Shown here one piece after another: positions 50,754 to 63,936 of a DNA stretch of 64,000 bases. The notes under the pieces were generated by a model that had not been told where the DNA came from, did not search any database, and saw only the letters and a program-made list of their open reading frames with translations. Positions within the stretch are counted from its first letter, which is position 1, and every line of letters begins with the position of its first letter. The DNA is from Tricharina praecox (taxonomy: Eukaryota): contig NW_026250406.1 in assembly GCF_024521635.1 (NCBI RefSeq), positions 558,001 through 622,000 of the forward strand, written 5' to 3'. A program made the position numbers and the translations under genes.

Positions 50754-52380
50754 GTAGGGTGAGATTTCGTGAGGGGCGCATGAGCTGGAGGAATGGGAAT
50801 AAATAAGCAATGGTAATATGATGTAGCATTCCCAGCATATATGATATGCGCAACGAGAACAATTGTGTGACTGTCTTTCTGTCGTGAAATTGCCACCACT
50901 GCTCTACCATGCAGTATAAACACGTGCCGTAGCCATTTCGCCACCCACACCGCATGCACTCCTCCATCACGAGCCACGAGAATCAGCATTAAACAGCCAC
51001 AGCAGGCAGGTGGATCTATTCGCATTACTCTGGCCAGATATCTACCACATACCACATCCCCATCCCGTCCGTGTTCGCCCCACTCGGTTCTTCGTTCCGT
51101 GTCGGATACCTTGGTACTTGGTACGGCGCAAACAGAAAAGCAAATCCTCCACACTTTTTCGTTTTTCTTTTCCGCCTCCTCGACTGCAGGGCAGGTTACA
51201 GGTAGATACATAATACGTACATATGTACCAAGTAACTACTCTACATAGGAGGCATGTATTAGGTACCTTCTAGATCTGCTCTATGAGTACCGTACCTATG
51301 TTGCATCGCAGCCCCTTTACCCAGGTCCCCACCCGCACCCGCACCCGCACCCGCACCCGCCCCCAACTCTCAACCCCACAACACAAATCCAGTCTCCACC
51401 TTCGATTCTCGCGGCGGTCCATCTTCAGTGTTCAGTGTTCACGGCGATCAAGTCACAGTACAGTGCAGTGAATAAAGTGAATACAGCATAACCCTTCTTC
51501 CAGGCTTCTTCTATTATGGTACATCCAGTTACCTCTAGTCAACTTCCACGATTACACTGTTCCAACTTTCAAGCTCTAACTTCCAACTTCCAACTTCCCG
51601 CCACCTGTAGCACCTACAGTAGCATAAGCCCCTATGGGCCATGGGCCATCAGCCCTGCCCTCCTCCCGAACAAAAAAAGAAATCATTACGGCCATATTGT
51701 GCTAAGTGAACTCCGGAAACGAGACAGACCCCTCCCAAATACAAAACGAAAAGGAAAAAAAGAAAGGAAAAGGAAAAGCAACAGCAGAAGCTCCACAAAA
51801 AGGAAAAAAGGAAAAGGAAAAGGAAGAGAAAGATACATGCAAAAGTCCGAAACTCCTCCCAAACGAAACGAAAGCAAAAGACACACAGTGCACACACAAA
51901 AGGATAGAAAAGAGAGAGTGGATTCGATGATGATGAAAAAAAGACAAAGCAGAATAGAAGATGTCGCCAAAAAAACAAATGACTGTGTTGCGCTGGGCGA
52001 CAGAGCGGCGGGAGATGAAATAATGGTGGAAATGAGAAACGCGATCTTCAGGGCTCGGCTCGGCTCGGCTGCGCTGCGCTAGGAAAAAAATAGAGTTGGA
52101 AAGTAAAAAATAGATGTTTTGTGATGAGCGAACGTCCGGACGTCGGCGTCGGCGTGGGCGTGGGCGGTAGGAGGCCCAGGCGCGGTGAACGGACCTTTTG
52201 CCGTTCCCCAAATTCGATCCCGCCGCGATGTGGTATGGTGTGGTATGATGTCGCGTGAAGTAGAATGAGACGAGAGTCCGTGACGAGAAGGGATAAAAAA
52301 AATGTCGAGAAGTGAAGTCTTTTTTGTTGGTGGGTGCCGGATTCGGATACACCACCGCGCTCACGGCTCATGCCTCATGG

Positions 52381-53502
52381 CTATGGCTTGATCGCCACAC
52401 TGGTCGTCGCTTCCTTCGCATGTTTCCCCGACCTCCCGAACCTAAATGTTGCCTTCCAAAATGACTGGAACTGCACGAACCCAATCTTCTTCTTCTCCTT
52501 TTGCTGGGTAGAGGCGGCACCAGAAGCCGGGGACCCCGTAGACTCCTGTACGATCATTCCCTTCGGCAGCGGCGGCAGCGGGCGATTGATTGAGCTCCCA
52601 GAGGAAGATCCGGATCCATGAGCTGTCCTCGGCCTCGGGAACAGGCTGAGTCTCCGGTCCGCCGGCATGCTGCCGCCTGACGCCGTCTTCCCATGTCCCG
52701 TCTTCGGCCGATCGGTCATGGGCGGCGAAGGCGTCTGTCGTTCGTGGCTGAGCCCGGTTTTTGGACGCTCGATGGAGGCAGTGTGCTCATGCTGCCCCAG
52801 GCCGGTCTTCGGTCTCGGGGCGGGACTGAAGCGTCCCGTGGGTGCAGGACTGAACCGGCCCAGGGTGACGGCGGAATCTCGGCGTTCGCCGCCGGGGGTC
52901 GGCGGCATCGAGGAACGGACGGTGCATGCGGTGCGCGGGCGACTGGGCGAGGGGAGGACGTCGACGAGGGTGGGCTTCGCGAGGAGGAAGGCCGAGGCGC
53001 GGTCCGGTATGGTGGCCGTCTTCACGATCGAGCCTTGCTCAACCCGGCGGATTTCGATCTGGCTGGCACGCAAGTTGGCGTCTTTGCGGACGGCGAAGAC
53101 GGCTGAGTTGGGTGGTGGGGTGTGCGTGGCGGACCGGGGTGGGTGTGATGGTGGTGGCAGCGGCGAGAGCGGGAGGGTCGGGGACATGGTGCGGCCGGAG
53201 AGAGCGGAGTGGCTGCGTTCTCGGTCGTCGATGACCGCAGCGGCGACGACGGAGGGGCGGCGGGCTTCGGAGTCGTTGCGTTTTGCTTTGGGAGGGTTGA
53301 GTAGCAGGAGGGAACATGATTTGCGGAGTTCCCTTTCTGTCGCTGGGTCGAGCGGCGGGATTATGGGCTGGTTGTAGTCGGATGTTGACTCGAAGTCGGT
53401 CTGCTGCATTGTTGGTCAGTTTGGGGAGTTACTTTGGCCACGGTGCGATGTGAAGGAGGAGCTTACAATCGGCGTCGGCCGTGATCCTGCTCTTTGTCTC
53501 AT
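52381..53502 (-). CDS. Hypothetical Pro/Ser/Arg-rich, largely disordered protein, 352 aa; exons 53502-53467 and 53403-52381
   Basis: A GTAAGC..CTGAC..CAG intron joins MRQRAGSRPTPI to the 341-codon ORF (QTDFESTSDYNQPIIPPLDPATERELRKSCSLLL...). Repeated RPKTG/RPRTA motifs. Confidence 0.75.
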
Positions 53503-56500
53503 TGTGGGATGCGTGTATGATTATCTGCGACGGGAATGCTAGTATGGTGTATGGTACGATGTCGTATGGGTGTGGAGTGTTGTGGAAAACGGGATAACAG
53601 TTCGGAATCAACATGGCTCGAGTAGGGGGTGCCTCAAAGATTAAATAGATACACCTACAATCGACAGTTCGTCTGGCCCCCCTCCTCCTCCACCTCCACC
53701 TCCTGCTCCACCGCCACCACCACCACCACCTCATTCGTTTCTGATCTGCACGATTGGCAGCCACCCACTCACGGCCCACACCGCCATCGTACGGTGGTGG
53801 TGGAACAAGTTGTACCAGTACATTCGTAGCGTGGAGGGTCCGTAGTGTGTGTGTGAGGCCGGGGTTGACGCAAATTGGCGGGGAAACGGCCTAAGCGGAA
53901 CACAGTTAACCCACCACGAACTGTCCTTCCTAGTTGGTGGTGTCAACAGCGTGGATAGACACGAATCTCGTTTGTTCGGAGGTTCCTGTTCATGAACGAG
54001 ATCTTCAAAGGGGCTGCCTGCCCGACGTGACCGTGACCGGCGCACCCTGATCTTCAAAGGGGGAAGGGTCCTCCGCTCCACACGAGCAGTCAATCAATGT
54101 CACTGTCACTTGTCACTATTGCGTGGGCTCGACGATAGATGGAGTGTGTACAGTGTACTCATGTAGGTACATATTGCAATCTATGGACTCCACCGGACGG
54201 TGTAGGGTGAGGTAAGTACCGTAAGTACTTGGGTAGTTAGGTACTATCGAGTGGACGTTTCCCGCACCCGGTACCTGCACTTGATCGCGATCGATATCGT
54301 GAGATTCCGCAGTTCACGTTAATCTATAATCCATACCGACCTCGCCTCGCCTCCCAACCGCTGAAGCGCCCTTTGGCATCCCGTACCCTATCTCGCTCTG
54401 CCTCTCCTTTTCCTGCGTCCTCCAATCGCAATGGGTATATCGTGTCGGTAATCGCAAAGGTATGATAGTAGTTACCAGCTTCCCTTCCCTTCCCTGGCGT
54501 AGGTAGGTATGTACATACCGTGCGGTATAACGTGGTTTTCTTTTCCCAACTATTGCATCGTGAACCTGCCTACCTCCATACCCCCATACCAGCTTGTCGG
54601 CTCCCCTTCCATTTCCTTGTCGTATCGTATCGTACTTCAACCCTTGGTCCCACACAAGCCTGGAGCGTGCGTGCGAGGCGACTCCGAAGATGTGCCCGCA
54701 GGAGTGCAGCAAGTATGTATCGACATGGTAGAGTACTCGGGTGTGAGGGAAAGTCGTGCACCACCATCACTACCAAATGTCACTTAATGGGGTGCACCAC
54801 TTACCCTTACACCCATGTACAGATGTTCGCCATGCAACATTACTGGAAGCTGACTGCTGCTGCTGCCGCTCGCAACTAATCGGTAGTTAATGCGAAGTAT
54901 GTAACTATCCATCGCACAGTGTTCCTGCACTTCCCTATGTACCTGCATCCACCCAGCAGCATCCAAATTCCAGTCTTTTCCCATCATCAGCAAGACGGGA
55001 CGAAGAAACAACTGGTTGTCTGAGACTCGCGCTCGTCGTATGATATGATAGGTAGCCGTACCAGTACATAGGAAGCCACCGCAAAAAGGGGGTTGCCTCC
55101 CCACGGAAGGGAAGCCTCGGTCTCTCGGCACCGCCGGGGTCGCTGCAGCATGACGGTGATCTTCTTTGGATGGTCAACACCGCCATTTCCGTCCGTCTAG
55201 TTAGGTGGTTAGTGCATTCAGGGACCGGCGACCGCCCGTGCTGTTGCCCAACAAGCACCGCGCCGCTGCTAGCTATCGGCACGAGAAAGACAGCCAAACG
55301 AAAGCCTCCCCTCCCCCGTCCTCTCGCTCTGGCAGGGTCGCAGTGTCGCAGAGTCGCAGCTCACACACACCACACACTTTCGATTTTGTCGCGCGCCCGC
55401 GACCGTAAGTGCAAGTTCGCGTCTTCGATCCTGCATTCTCCGTCGTCGCCGGTGATGGAGCTCGCCAGTGGCCATTTCTGCAAAAAGCAACGAGAGAGAG
55501 AGATTGCGTTCAGCTCCTGGGGCCTGCCTGGAAGGCTGGAAACTGTGGAGCGCAGGTCGCAGGATGCAGGGACGATTTCGATCGGGACGTGACCGTGCAG
55601 TGGGCACTGGGCACTGGGCACTGGGCATCATACATATCATCATATAAACGCGGTTGCGGCGTCCAGCAGCAGCAGCACTGAGCAGCAGTAGACTGATAAC
55701 GAAACGAAACGAGGAGTTCGAGGACCCTCCCTCGACTAGCAGAGTATCACACGACACGCTAGAGGCTAGTTAGCTGGAGTTTTCAGCTAAAACATTCCGA
55801 GCCCCACCGGCGCTGGCTGGCCAAACAAAAAAAAAAGAGGAGGGAATCCCTCAGCTGACAGCTGCACCATCATAATTTTGCTCAAAGTGGATGGCGAATC
55901 GGGTATTTACCTATCGCAACTGAGAAGCCTTCCTATTCTCTGCAGTTCGTCCGATGAGGCGACGAGGCGTGCATGTGCATCATGTGCGACTTCGAATCTG
56001 CGACTTTCGATGGCGAAAACTAAAGACCAGAAACCAAAATCTAGAGTATCGAGTCGGGTCCGTCTTCGTCCCCGTCCTCTAGAGTCGCTTCCTTCTCAAA
56101 TCTCTCTCTTGGACACCCAAGAGACAACCGTAGGTCCATAGCAGCAGCTGGTGCAGAAGTGGATTTGGATGTGGAGAATGTGGATTTCCGTTTCCCCCGC
56201 CCGTTCAAAATTCGAATTCGCCGCCTCCAGTCCGGTTTTAGCCACTCCCTGGAGAGACTGGAGTCCAGAGCGCAACCACCTACCCCAGAACCCTGGCGTT
56301 TTTGTAGGCGAGCTCAAAGGTTCATGTCCCTCCCACCCCTCCCCCCGGACACATCCAGGTTAAACCATTTTCCCGTTCTCGCTCTGCGATGCCAATCCAA
56401 TCCAATCCTCACGGCGGCGGCGCGGGTTCCGATGTATGTACCAGTACACATGAATACATTCTGTTTCGGAAAACTCATGTATGATGTATCCATCCTTAAC

Positions 56501-57724
56501 GGAATCGGAGGCATGAAGAATGGAGGTGTCTCTCGGAGTCGCATGCAGGAAATTCAATGTGCTCGTCCGCCCCTCTTCCCCAACGGCGGTTGGTACGGTA
56601 TCCAGCATGGACATGTGTGTGTCCCTTCTGACGCTGCAGCCGTCGGTTTGACATGTCCGCCGCCGCCGCCGCCGCCGTCGCCGGCGCACAGACGTATGTC
56701 GAGTAACGGAATGGAAGGACGGCGAGGAATGGGCGGTGATGTTTCATGTTCATTGAAATTCATGTGCATGCGTATGTACATCAAATGTACAACCATCCCA
56801 TATTATCGAGACGTAACGGCGCTGGCGCAGGAGCAGGAGTTGCGAACAATGTGCTGTGCTGTTCCGAGCAAATGTGGCGAATACATACCTGTTTATCTTT
56901 CCGTGGCACAGGCACGGGCGCAACCAGTCATCATCTTTCAATTCTCTTGCTCCTTGAAGCCTCACGAGCGCGTGGCCATTGAAGCACACAGGCAACGCGC
57001 CGAGCTGCATTTTTCATGTTGAGTAGGTACATACCTCTGCGGGGGTAGAAAGAAAAAAACGGCCACCCGTCCGGGCGCAAGCCTGGCATCATGGCATGCC
57101 GTGCGGCAGCCCAACAGTTTCCTCAGATCGGGCGGCAGCCGTTCGCGTTACCGTTACCGTTGCCCGTTGCCCGTTGTCGAGATAGATAACGAACTGCGTT
57201 CCGCAGAGGGAGGGAGAGGCCCCACGTGCACGAATCGTAGGCAAATCGTTTCCCTCGATGGTTCCTCACGATACCGCAGATACGGACCAGCGCCGAAGAA
57301 GTGCAACGGTGGAGTAATAGCTTACTAGTTGCTTGGTTAGCGTAAACTCGCTTTTAGCATAGCACGTTTTCCAGGATTCCCCGGATCTGTGTGGCGAACA
57401 CACCTGTGATGCAGACATATATATGACGAATGAACGAACCCCAGAGATCTCGCGTCCATACACACTCTAGATCCGCCGAAGAGGATGGATAGGTATGTAG
57501 GCAGGTAGGTATCGCTGATTTCTAGCCGTGGGGCTGGCTGTTGCCAAGTGCTGTCAAATGTCAAATCACGTACATATTTAGGGTCTGACTTCAAAAGCTT
57601 CTTACGTTTTGTTTCCCCAAGGCAACGGGGAGGTGGATGATTCTCCTTCGGCCCGGTCGGTCTAGGAAAGTACCTAGAGTACCGTTTGCTGGCTTTCCCG
57701 AACGCCCACTTCGGCCCAGCAGTA

Positions 57725-58676
57725 CCGTATAATCTCGGATATCGGTTTGCTTTTTGAAATGGATCTAACGCGATGAAGCGCGCTAAAGTGAAACCGGTTA
57801 GCGCCGGAGCGGCAACAGAACATCAGTTGCGGCTGAATCTGCTGAAGCATCGTGGGAATGGTCGATGTAGAGCTTTGTAGTACATCCTACAGAGACTAAG
57901 TCGATAGAAATCACAGAAATAATAATGGAGAACAACGAGATCACCTTTCCTACGAAAATAGCACACACCGACAGTCATATCAGAATTCGCAGCTCTTGTT
58001 CTTACGTCTATGGTTGAAGATGCTCCTGACAACAACGACAGAAATGAAGACAACAATATGGGACTGATCTCTCGCCAAAGATGTCTACGGGAACAGTGGG
58101 CACGCTTCTGACAGACTCGGTGGGCGCGTCCTCAGCAGCATGCTTGGTGGGTGCGCTCCCGGCAGGCTCAGTGGCGCGTTCTTGCCAGGCTCAGTGGGCG
58201 CGTTCTTATCAGGCTCGGCCGTTGCGCTCTCGGCAGGTTGAATGGTGTGCTTTTGACAGATTCGGTGAGCGTGCTCATGGAAGGCTCAGTAGGCCTATCC
58301 TCAGCAGGCTCAGCGGTCACTCTCTCAGCGCGCATGGGAGAGATGTCTGTTCCAGTTGAACGAGTATTAGCCAGAAGAAGAAAGCGACTGGAAGGAGTAG
58401 GTGGGCAGTATCTGATTGTAGAGCTGTTTCCTAACATCAGCAATTTGAAGATGATGATGTTGTGGCAGTCTGCTGGAGAGACGAGTTCTGAAGTTGGGTT
58501 CTGTGCATGTGGAGAAACATCACGGGCAATTTGCGCTAGTGATTTTGATACTGACTTAGCGCCAAGTGCTCCAAAACCGGCGCATAACGACGCAAATCAG
58601 TTAGAGCGGACTCTAAGCCTGCGTGAAACGGCGCTAACCACTGACAAAAAGCGAACCGATATCCGAGATTATATGG
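57725..58676. mobile_element. Non-autonomous DNA transposon (MITE/deletion derivative, Tc1-mariner/pogo-like) with 31-bp TIRs and TA target duplication
   Basis: Left end TA|ccgtataatctcggatatcggtttgcttttt (57723-57755); right end aaaaagcgaaccgatatccgagattatatgg|TA (58646-58678); 2 mismatches. Subterminal ggttagcgcc/ggcgctaacc motifs; no transposase ORF. Confidence 0.85.
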
Positions 58677-59804
58677 TAGTTAGTCCGACCACGGAGGTTC
58701 GCCGAATGGGAAGCGATCTGCAAATAGCTGTTGCAAGTGTCGACCGACCCCTCGCGCCAGCAAAGTCCACAGATGAGGCATTACATCATGCGCTTATGGA
58801 AGTAGATTTCACTGTCGACTTCGGCCACTTGCACTCGCGCACATATGATTTCCGTCGTTCTTTCCGCCTGGTGATTTCCTTCTTCCGGTTGTTTTTCGCT
58901 CGGCACCACAGTTTAATCCCGATGATGAATTCGTGAGTCGTGCTGGCTTCGAGCAATCTTGGAGTGAGGTAGGTATCTAACACTCCGGGACCGGTTCAAT
59001 GCTGATCGCGCCCGAGTGAAGACGGCCGAATACCCGTGCTCCGCTAGCCGTCGCAACTCGGTCGACAGTTCTCGTTCATGCTTTATCACATGACTCGAAT
59101 CCAGATACCGAGTGTCCTGGCCTGCGGCCAGTTTCAATTCCAGTTCACTTTTCTGTAGGTTTCCTCTTCGAAGAAAGCATGCCTAGACTGGGGACGAATA
59201 ACACACTTCTTCTCCCATCCCGAATCCTGACGATGGTTATGTTCCTTGCAGAGCTATCCTGCCGGAAGAAGCAGCAGCTTTGAAGACAACACATGACTGG
59301 ATTGCATGCATATACCGGAATATGAGGAATCGGGGATCTTCTCCGGGTGGCTCTGGGCCTCGAAAGAAGTCGTGTGAGTTTGTACTGTGCGCTGCACTAT
59401 CGGTATCGGATGACAGCCACAGTGGAGACAAGCTCCGCGCGAATTTGGACCGGGCATGCTTTGAGTCCTGCGTATTTCCGAGCGCGGCGGACTAGGTAGG
59501 GGAGTGCCGATATTCCGAGTCCCGACAGCCCGAGCGGCTAGAAGTGCGCGCGTGGGGCTTGCTAAGTTGCTATAGGCAGTATCAAGCAATCAGCCATCGT
59601 TTGTTCATGGTTTATCACGCAGATCTGATCAAGACTCACTTCACGAATCCAGGCTCAATGTCGGGGACTGGGTATTGACGAATCCTCTGCCGGCCAGTCC
59701 GGTTTTCGGATTGCAGTAGGTCCGTGTGCAGGTGTCCTGTGTACGTTAACTAATTGGTTCGCGATGTTTCCCCGCTATCGGAAGGATTGCAACAAGCCGG
59801 CCGG

Positions 59805-60345
59805 GAACTGACGGGATCCTCCCGTCGGACCGGACCGAGCCTCTGGTAAAAGACACCTTCGGATGGAAGACACAAAACTACCACCTATCGCCGCGACTGC
59901 ACCACCGTTGATGCTCATAAGTTAGAACTCTCCTCTTCTGCGGAGTGCATCACTCACCCCATCGAGAACCTAGGAGCACGTTGGGCGACGGGAGCGAACC
60001 GCAAAAGTCGATTATCGTGAGCACTGCCATTTAAGTGGGTACCGTTGGTGGCGGGCCGCAAGCCGTACGGTAGTAATTGACGAGATCCTCCCTTCGTACC
60101 GAGCCTCTGGGAAGAGACACCTTCGAATGGAAGACAAAAAGCTACCACGTATAGTCGCCACTGCACCACAGTTGATGCTTATAAGTTAGAACTCTCCTTT
60201 TCTGCGGAATTCGTCACTCACCCCAGCGGGAACCCGGAAGCATGTTGGGCCGTGGGCGACGAGTGCCAACCGCAAAGTCGATTATCTTGAGAACTGCCAC
60301 CCAATAAACCTCTAGGTACCGTTGGCGGTGTATCCCAAGCCGTAC
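59805..60345. repeat. Tandem duplication, ~265-bp unit x2, each with a minus-strand intron-like segment
   Basis: accgagcctctgg at 59834/60098 and ataagttagaactctcc at ~59917/60181. The minus strand reads GTGAGT..TTCTAAC..AG. Confidence 0.88.
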
Positions 60346-63300
60346 GGTTGTCTAGCACAGCGGCAGTCGCACTCGAGTCTCGACTGTGGGTGCGGTCGGA
60401 TAGGTAGCTGGCAAATCCAGTGACGGGGAAGCTGTTGAATACCGGTACCGCCATGGCACAGATACGGACCGAGAAACGCAGCAATTGCCGGTGGGACTAG
60501 GTATTCCGCAACTTGTTAGTGCGCCACGCTGGTACGTGTACACATCGACCTGGTGCCTCACCAATGACCGTTTTTGCAGACGGCTTTTTTGCCAACACTC
60601 CTCTGGAGACTGGGCCGGAGGCGGGATCGAGAGGAGAGCACACACGGAAGAAAGAGGAGGTTGAGGTTGATCGTGTATTCGGTAGATGATGATCAAGAAA
60701 GAAGAAGAAGATGATGATGATGATGACCCCGCCATGCCCGCCAACGTTGATGCCCACCGCTACTAACCGCATTCGCTCCCTCCCGCCGACAGGAGTCCTC
60801 TTCACTTCTTGCTCCCGCCGACAAGCTACAGCTCCTCCATCGCTCCGCCACACCGTCTCAAGCACCCAGCTCCTATGGGAGAAGGGTTGGCCGGGTTCTG
60901 GATCTCTGTTGTCATCGACTCATCATAGGTAGATTGGAAGCCCATGGCAGTAACCGTTTACTCAAACAGACGACCTCGAATTCTTCGATTGAGTTGTGGG
61001 CCGAGCGCTGGGTGTCTGGCGTGGCTGAACTGGTGATATGTGGTGTGATGTGTGATGATGGAGGGTCGCCGATTGAAAGGGTCACACAACACTCTCTTCC
61101 ACCACATTCAACGAGTGACGAAACTTTCAACACGGCAACCTACAGTAGCATCTATCTGGTTTGAGCTGGAACACGTCTGTGTGTACGTCCGCCGATAAAC
61201 GAATCACATCGGAAAAAACTCGTCAAACGTGGACACAGTACCTAGCCCACATGGCATATACGATATCTGAGGCTCATGAGCATTGAGCACCACCGATGGC
61301 CGACACTGAGTAGGTATCCTGATTCCCACCCGTAATTCTGCACGACAAGATGATAACCGATGATATAGATAGTGCGTATGAGGCGACTTATACCTAGAAT
61401 ACTATGCCCGCTCGACTATTACTTCCAAAGTATGATCGCCTCCTTATTCGCCTCCTTATTCGCCTACTTTCTCACCCGCCAGACCTTCCCACCTATCCGA
61501 TTATGAATTGCCTCCTGGAGCCTTCGAGAACCTGCTACTAATGATTCTCTCGTATCAAGATCTTTCGTTTCCTGGGTTGCATGCCGTGTAGCCGGCTTCT
61601 GGTGCCGCTCACATCGATAGATCCTCCTACCCTTGTGACCAGCGAATGCACAGCCATGTATACCGGTATTTCCAGCCAACAGCATTCACAGCGCAGCGAT
61701 ATTCATCTCAAAGCCCGAGGCACAAAAGGCGAACGCCACCACGGCACAGAAGCTAGTTCTCCGCGCTCACACACGGGCCAACGACGAACCACGAATCTCC
61801 GAATGCGACAGGTTCGGCCGCAGCAATAACAGCGAAAACTTACTTACCCTCGAGTCCTCGACAATAAAAACCGGAATCGATTTGACCGGGAACTTACGTT
61901 CTGGATCGACCGTGCTGGATTGACCGTGAGTCCGTGACTGGATGTGAGAACACGACGGTCGCCTTTGGGTTTGGCTTCTCTGCGGACCGGGCGCAACAGG
62001 AGTGCGGGACAGGCGGACCGACGTCGTATCGTGATGGAGATGACGGAGTAAGTCTTGGGCGTGCGGCCCGGCACGGTGCGGATGCAGTGTGCGCGGGGGT
62101 GGTCAGCTTGGATGATTTGTGAGGGGCTTGGGAGTAGATACTTACAGCATGCACTCAAGTTACCTACTGGAAATGCTGTCCTTTCCTCACTGCGATCCCG
62201 GCGTTCGTGTCCGTATGTGCCCTAGAGGTTCTCGGATCCATCGCTGTTGGGGTTGCTCGCTTCGCCTAGCGGGCCGAGACTCGAGTGTAGAACCGAAGCA
62301 TCAAAGGATCTCAAGGGCGGCGTGGTTCTGGCGGTATGCGTAGGCACGAGGTGTGTATCAAAGGGTGGCTGCACTGTGCATTACCCGCGACGGTTGATTG
62401 TGGTCGGTTACTCTAGCAGTTGGAGGTTCGAGCGGGAAAGATTCAAGCATACACAAATAAATTTACCTTCGCTACTATTCTTGGTACCGGTCTCCCGGGG
62501 GCCTGAAGCACCAGTGCACTATCAAGATCGTGAGCGAATTATCGGATGGCGAGTGATCTCGCATGACGTCGGGCGCACAGCTTCTCGGTAAAATCGGCCG
62601 CGCCGGCGGTTCGCAACGGAAGCTTGCCCACATCCCGCACAGCGCGCCCGGATCGCCACTTTCCTACAGACAAAGCTCAGGAGGCCCGCCACGCTTAGGG
62701 TTACCGACGAGTCGGCGACAGCTTCCCAGAGTCCCAGTTGCAAGTGCGACCTTGATCGCGGTACCAAAAATAGAGCGAATAGTAGGTTAGATACGAAGTA
62801 CCGGTGAAGGTTTACAGTTCATGGGGCAGTTTCAAGGTTCCCTGGCCTCCTCTCGAGTCTCAAGCCGGGTTAACCTCTGGATGGATGGCCGTGAGGTCTG
62901 GGAGTAACCTTACCTGGAGATCGGGTTCGGGCAATCATTGATCAAGGAAGCCCTACACTCTACGAACCTACCGCTGTTGTTTCTGCATGTTGGAATTATG
63001 GTGAAAGTGCTGGAGTAGGTGGGTGGTGGTGGGTGTTTGGTAGTAGGCGCTGTCATCTCGACCTGCATGCATGCATGTACATAGAGTATGTCTGCCTGCC
63101 CTATTCATCTGGATATTGGATGCTTTCTTTCGTTCTTCTCCCCTCTTTCTCCTCCGTCCTCAAGTCTCGACATTGCATCTTCCCTCGCTTCATCATCTCA
63201 TCTTTACCACACTATACACACACCCGCGAAGAAAATCGGACGCGGTTAACTTGGCTTGCGGATTCGCGCGCGGATTTGCAAAGGTTAACGGCAACGTCGA

Positions 63301-63462
63301 ACGTCTCTACCACCGAAATTTCCGGTGCCGAAACTGCGCACTTTTCTTCACTCATCCCATCGAAATCCACAACCTCACCTCACATTCCTTCACCTCCACG
63401 GCCGTCCCCCCCACGCCACTTCGCCTCGACCTCGCCGCCACCACGCCTCGACCTCACCGAAA

Positions 63463-63936
63463 ATGCCCCCCTACCCACCCCCCACGTACCACCGCCCGAC
63501 TCCCGCCTGGGTAATAATCGGCCTCCTCACGTCCTTCCTAATCCTAATCCTCGAAGCGACGCTGTTCCAGAACCGTGACATCTACGCCTCGTACATCGTC
63601 GGTCTTACCTACACTAGCGCGATAATGATAACCTGTTTCTTCACGCTGCTCGGCCACCTGCTCGTGCGGCGGTACCCGCGCCTCGCGCCGTACCTCAATA
63701 TCGATATCGACCTGGCGAGCGTCATGACGCTGCGTGGAGGAGGCAGGGGAGGAGGACGCGAGATGGCCGAGGGGAGGAGGAGGGCGAGTATCGGCTGCTG
63801 GGTCGAGAACACACCTGCGCCGGCGACGGCGACAATACCGCCAATACCGCCACCACCGCCGCCGACGCTGCACAGAGCTGTTACGACGGAAACGTGGGCG
63901 ACGAGTGATAGCTCGCGGGGGGAGCCGGAGCCATGA
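63463..63936 (+). CDS. Hypothetical 157-aa membrane protein with two predicted TM helices and a Pro-rich tail
   Basis: aaaATG context; hydrophobic segments AWVIIGLLTSFLILILEATLF and YIVGLTYTSAIMITCFFTLLGHLLV; GC3-rich codons. Confidence 0.65.
   Translation: MPPYPPPTYHRPTPAWVIIGLLTSFLILILEATLFQNRDIYASYIVGLTYTSAIMITCFFTLLGHLLVRRYPRLAPYLNIDIDLASVMTLRGGGRGGGREMAEGRRRASIGCWVENTPAPATATIPPIPPPPPPTLHRAVTTETWATSDSSRGEPEP

Noticed and set aside
49953..50810. 285-aa minus-strand ORF; likewise 52667-53377 + and 32961-33590 -
   Set aside because: Antisense shadows of GC3-rich real genes.
51516..52364. Lys-rich and Phe-rich ORFs
   Set aside because: Artefacts of A-rich 3' UTR/intergenic low-complexity sequence.
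53731..54093. Protein-like minus-strand ORF upstream of the 52381-53502 gene
   Set aside because: No ATG start and no convincing splice link; it may be leader sequence.
58151..58936. 261-aa ORF as a transposase
   Set aside because: No DDE or HTH motifs, a non-ATG start, and it runs through the right TIR.
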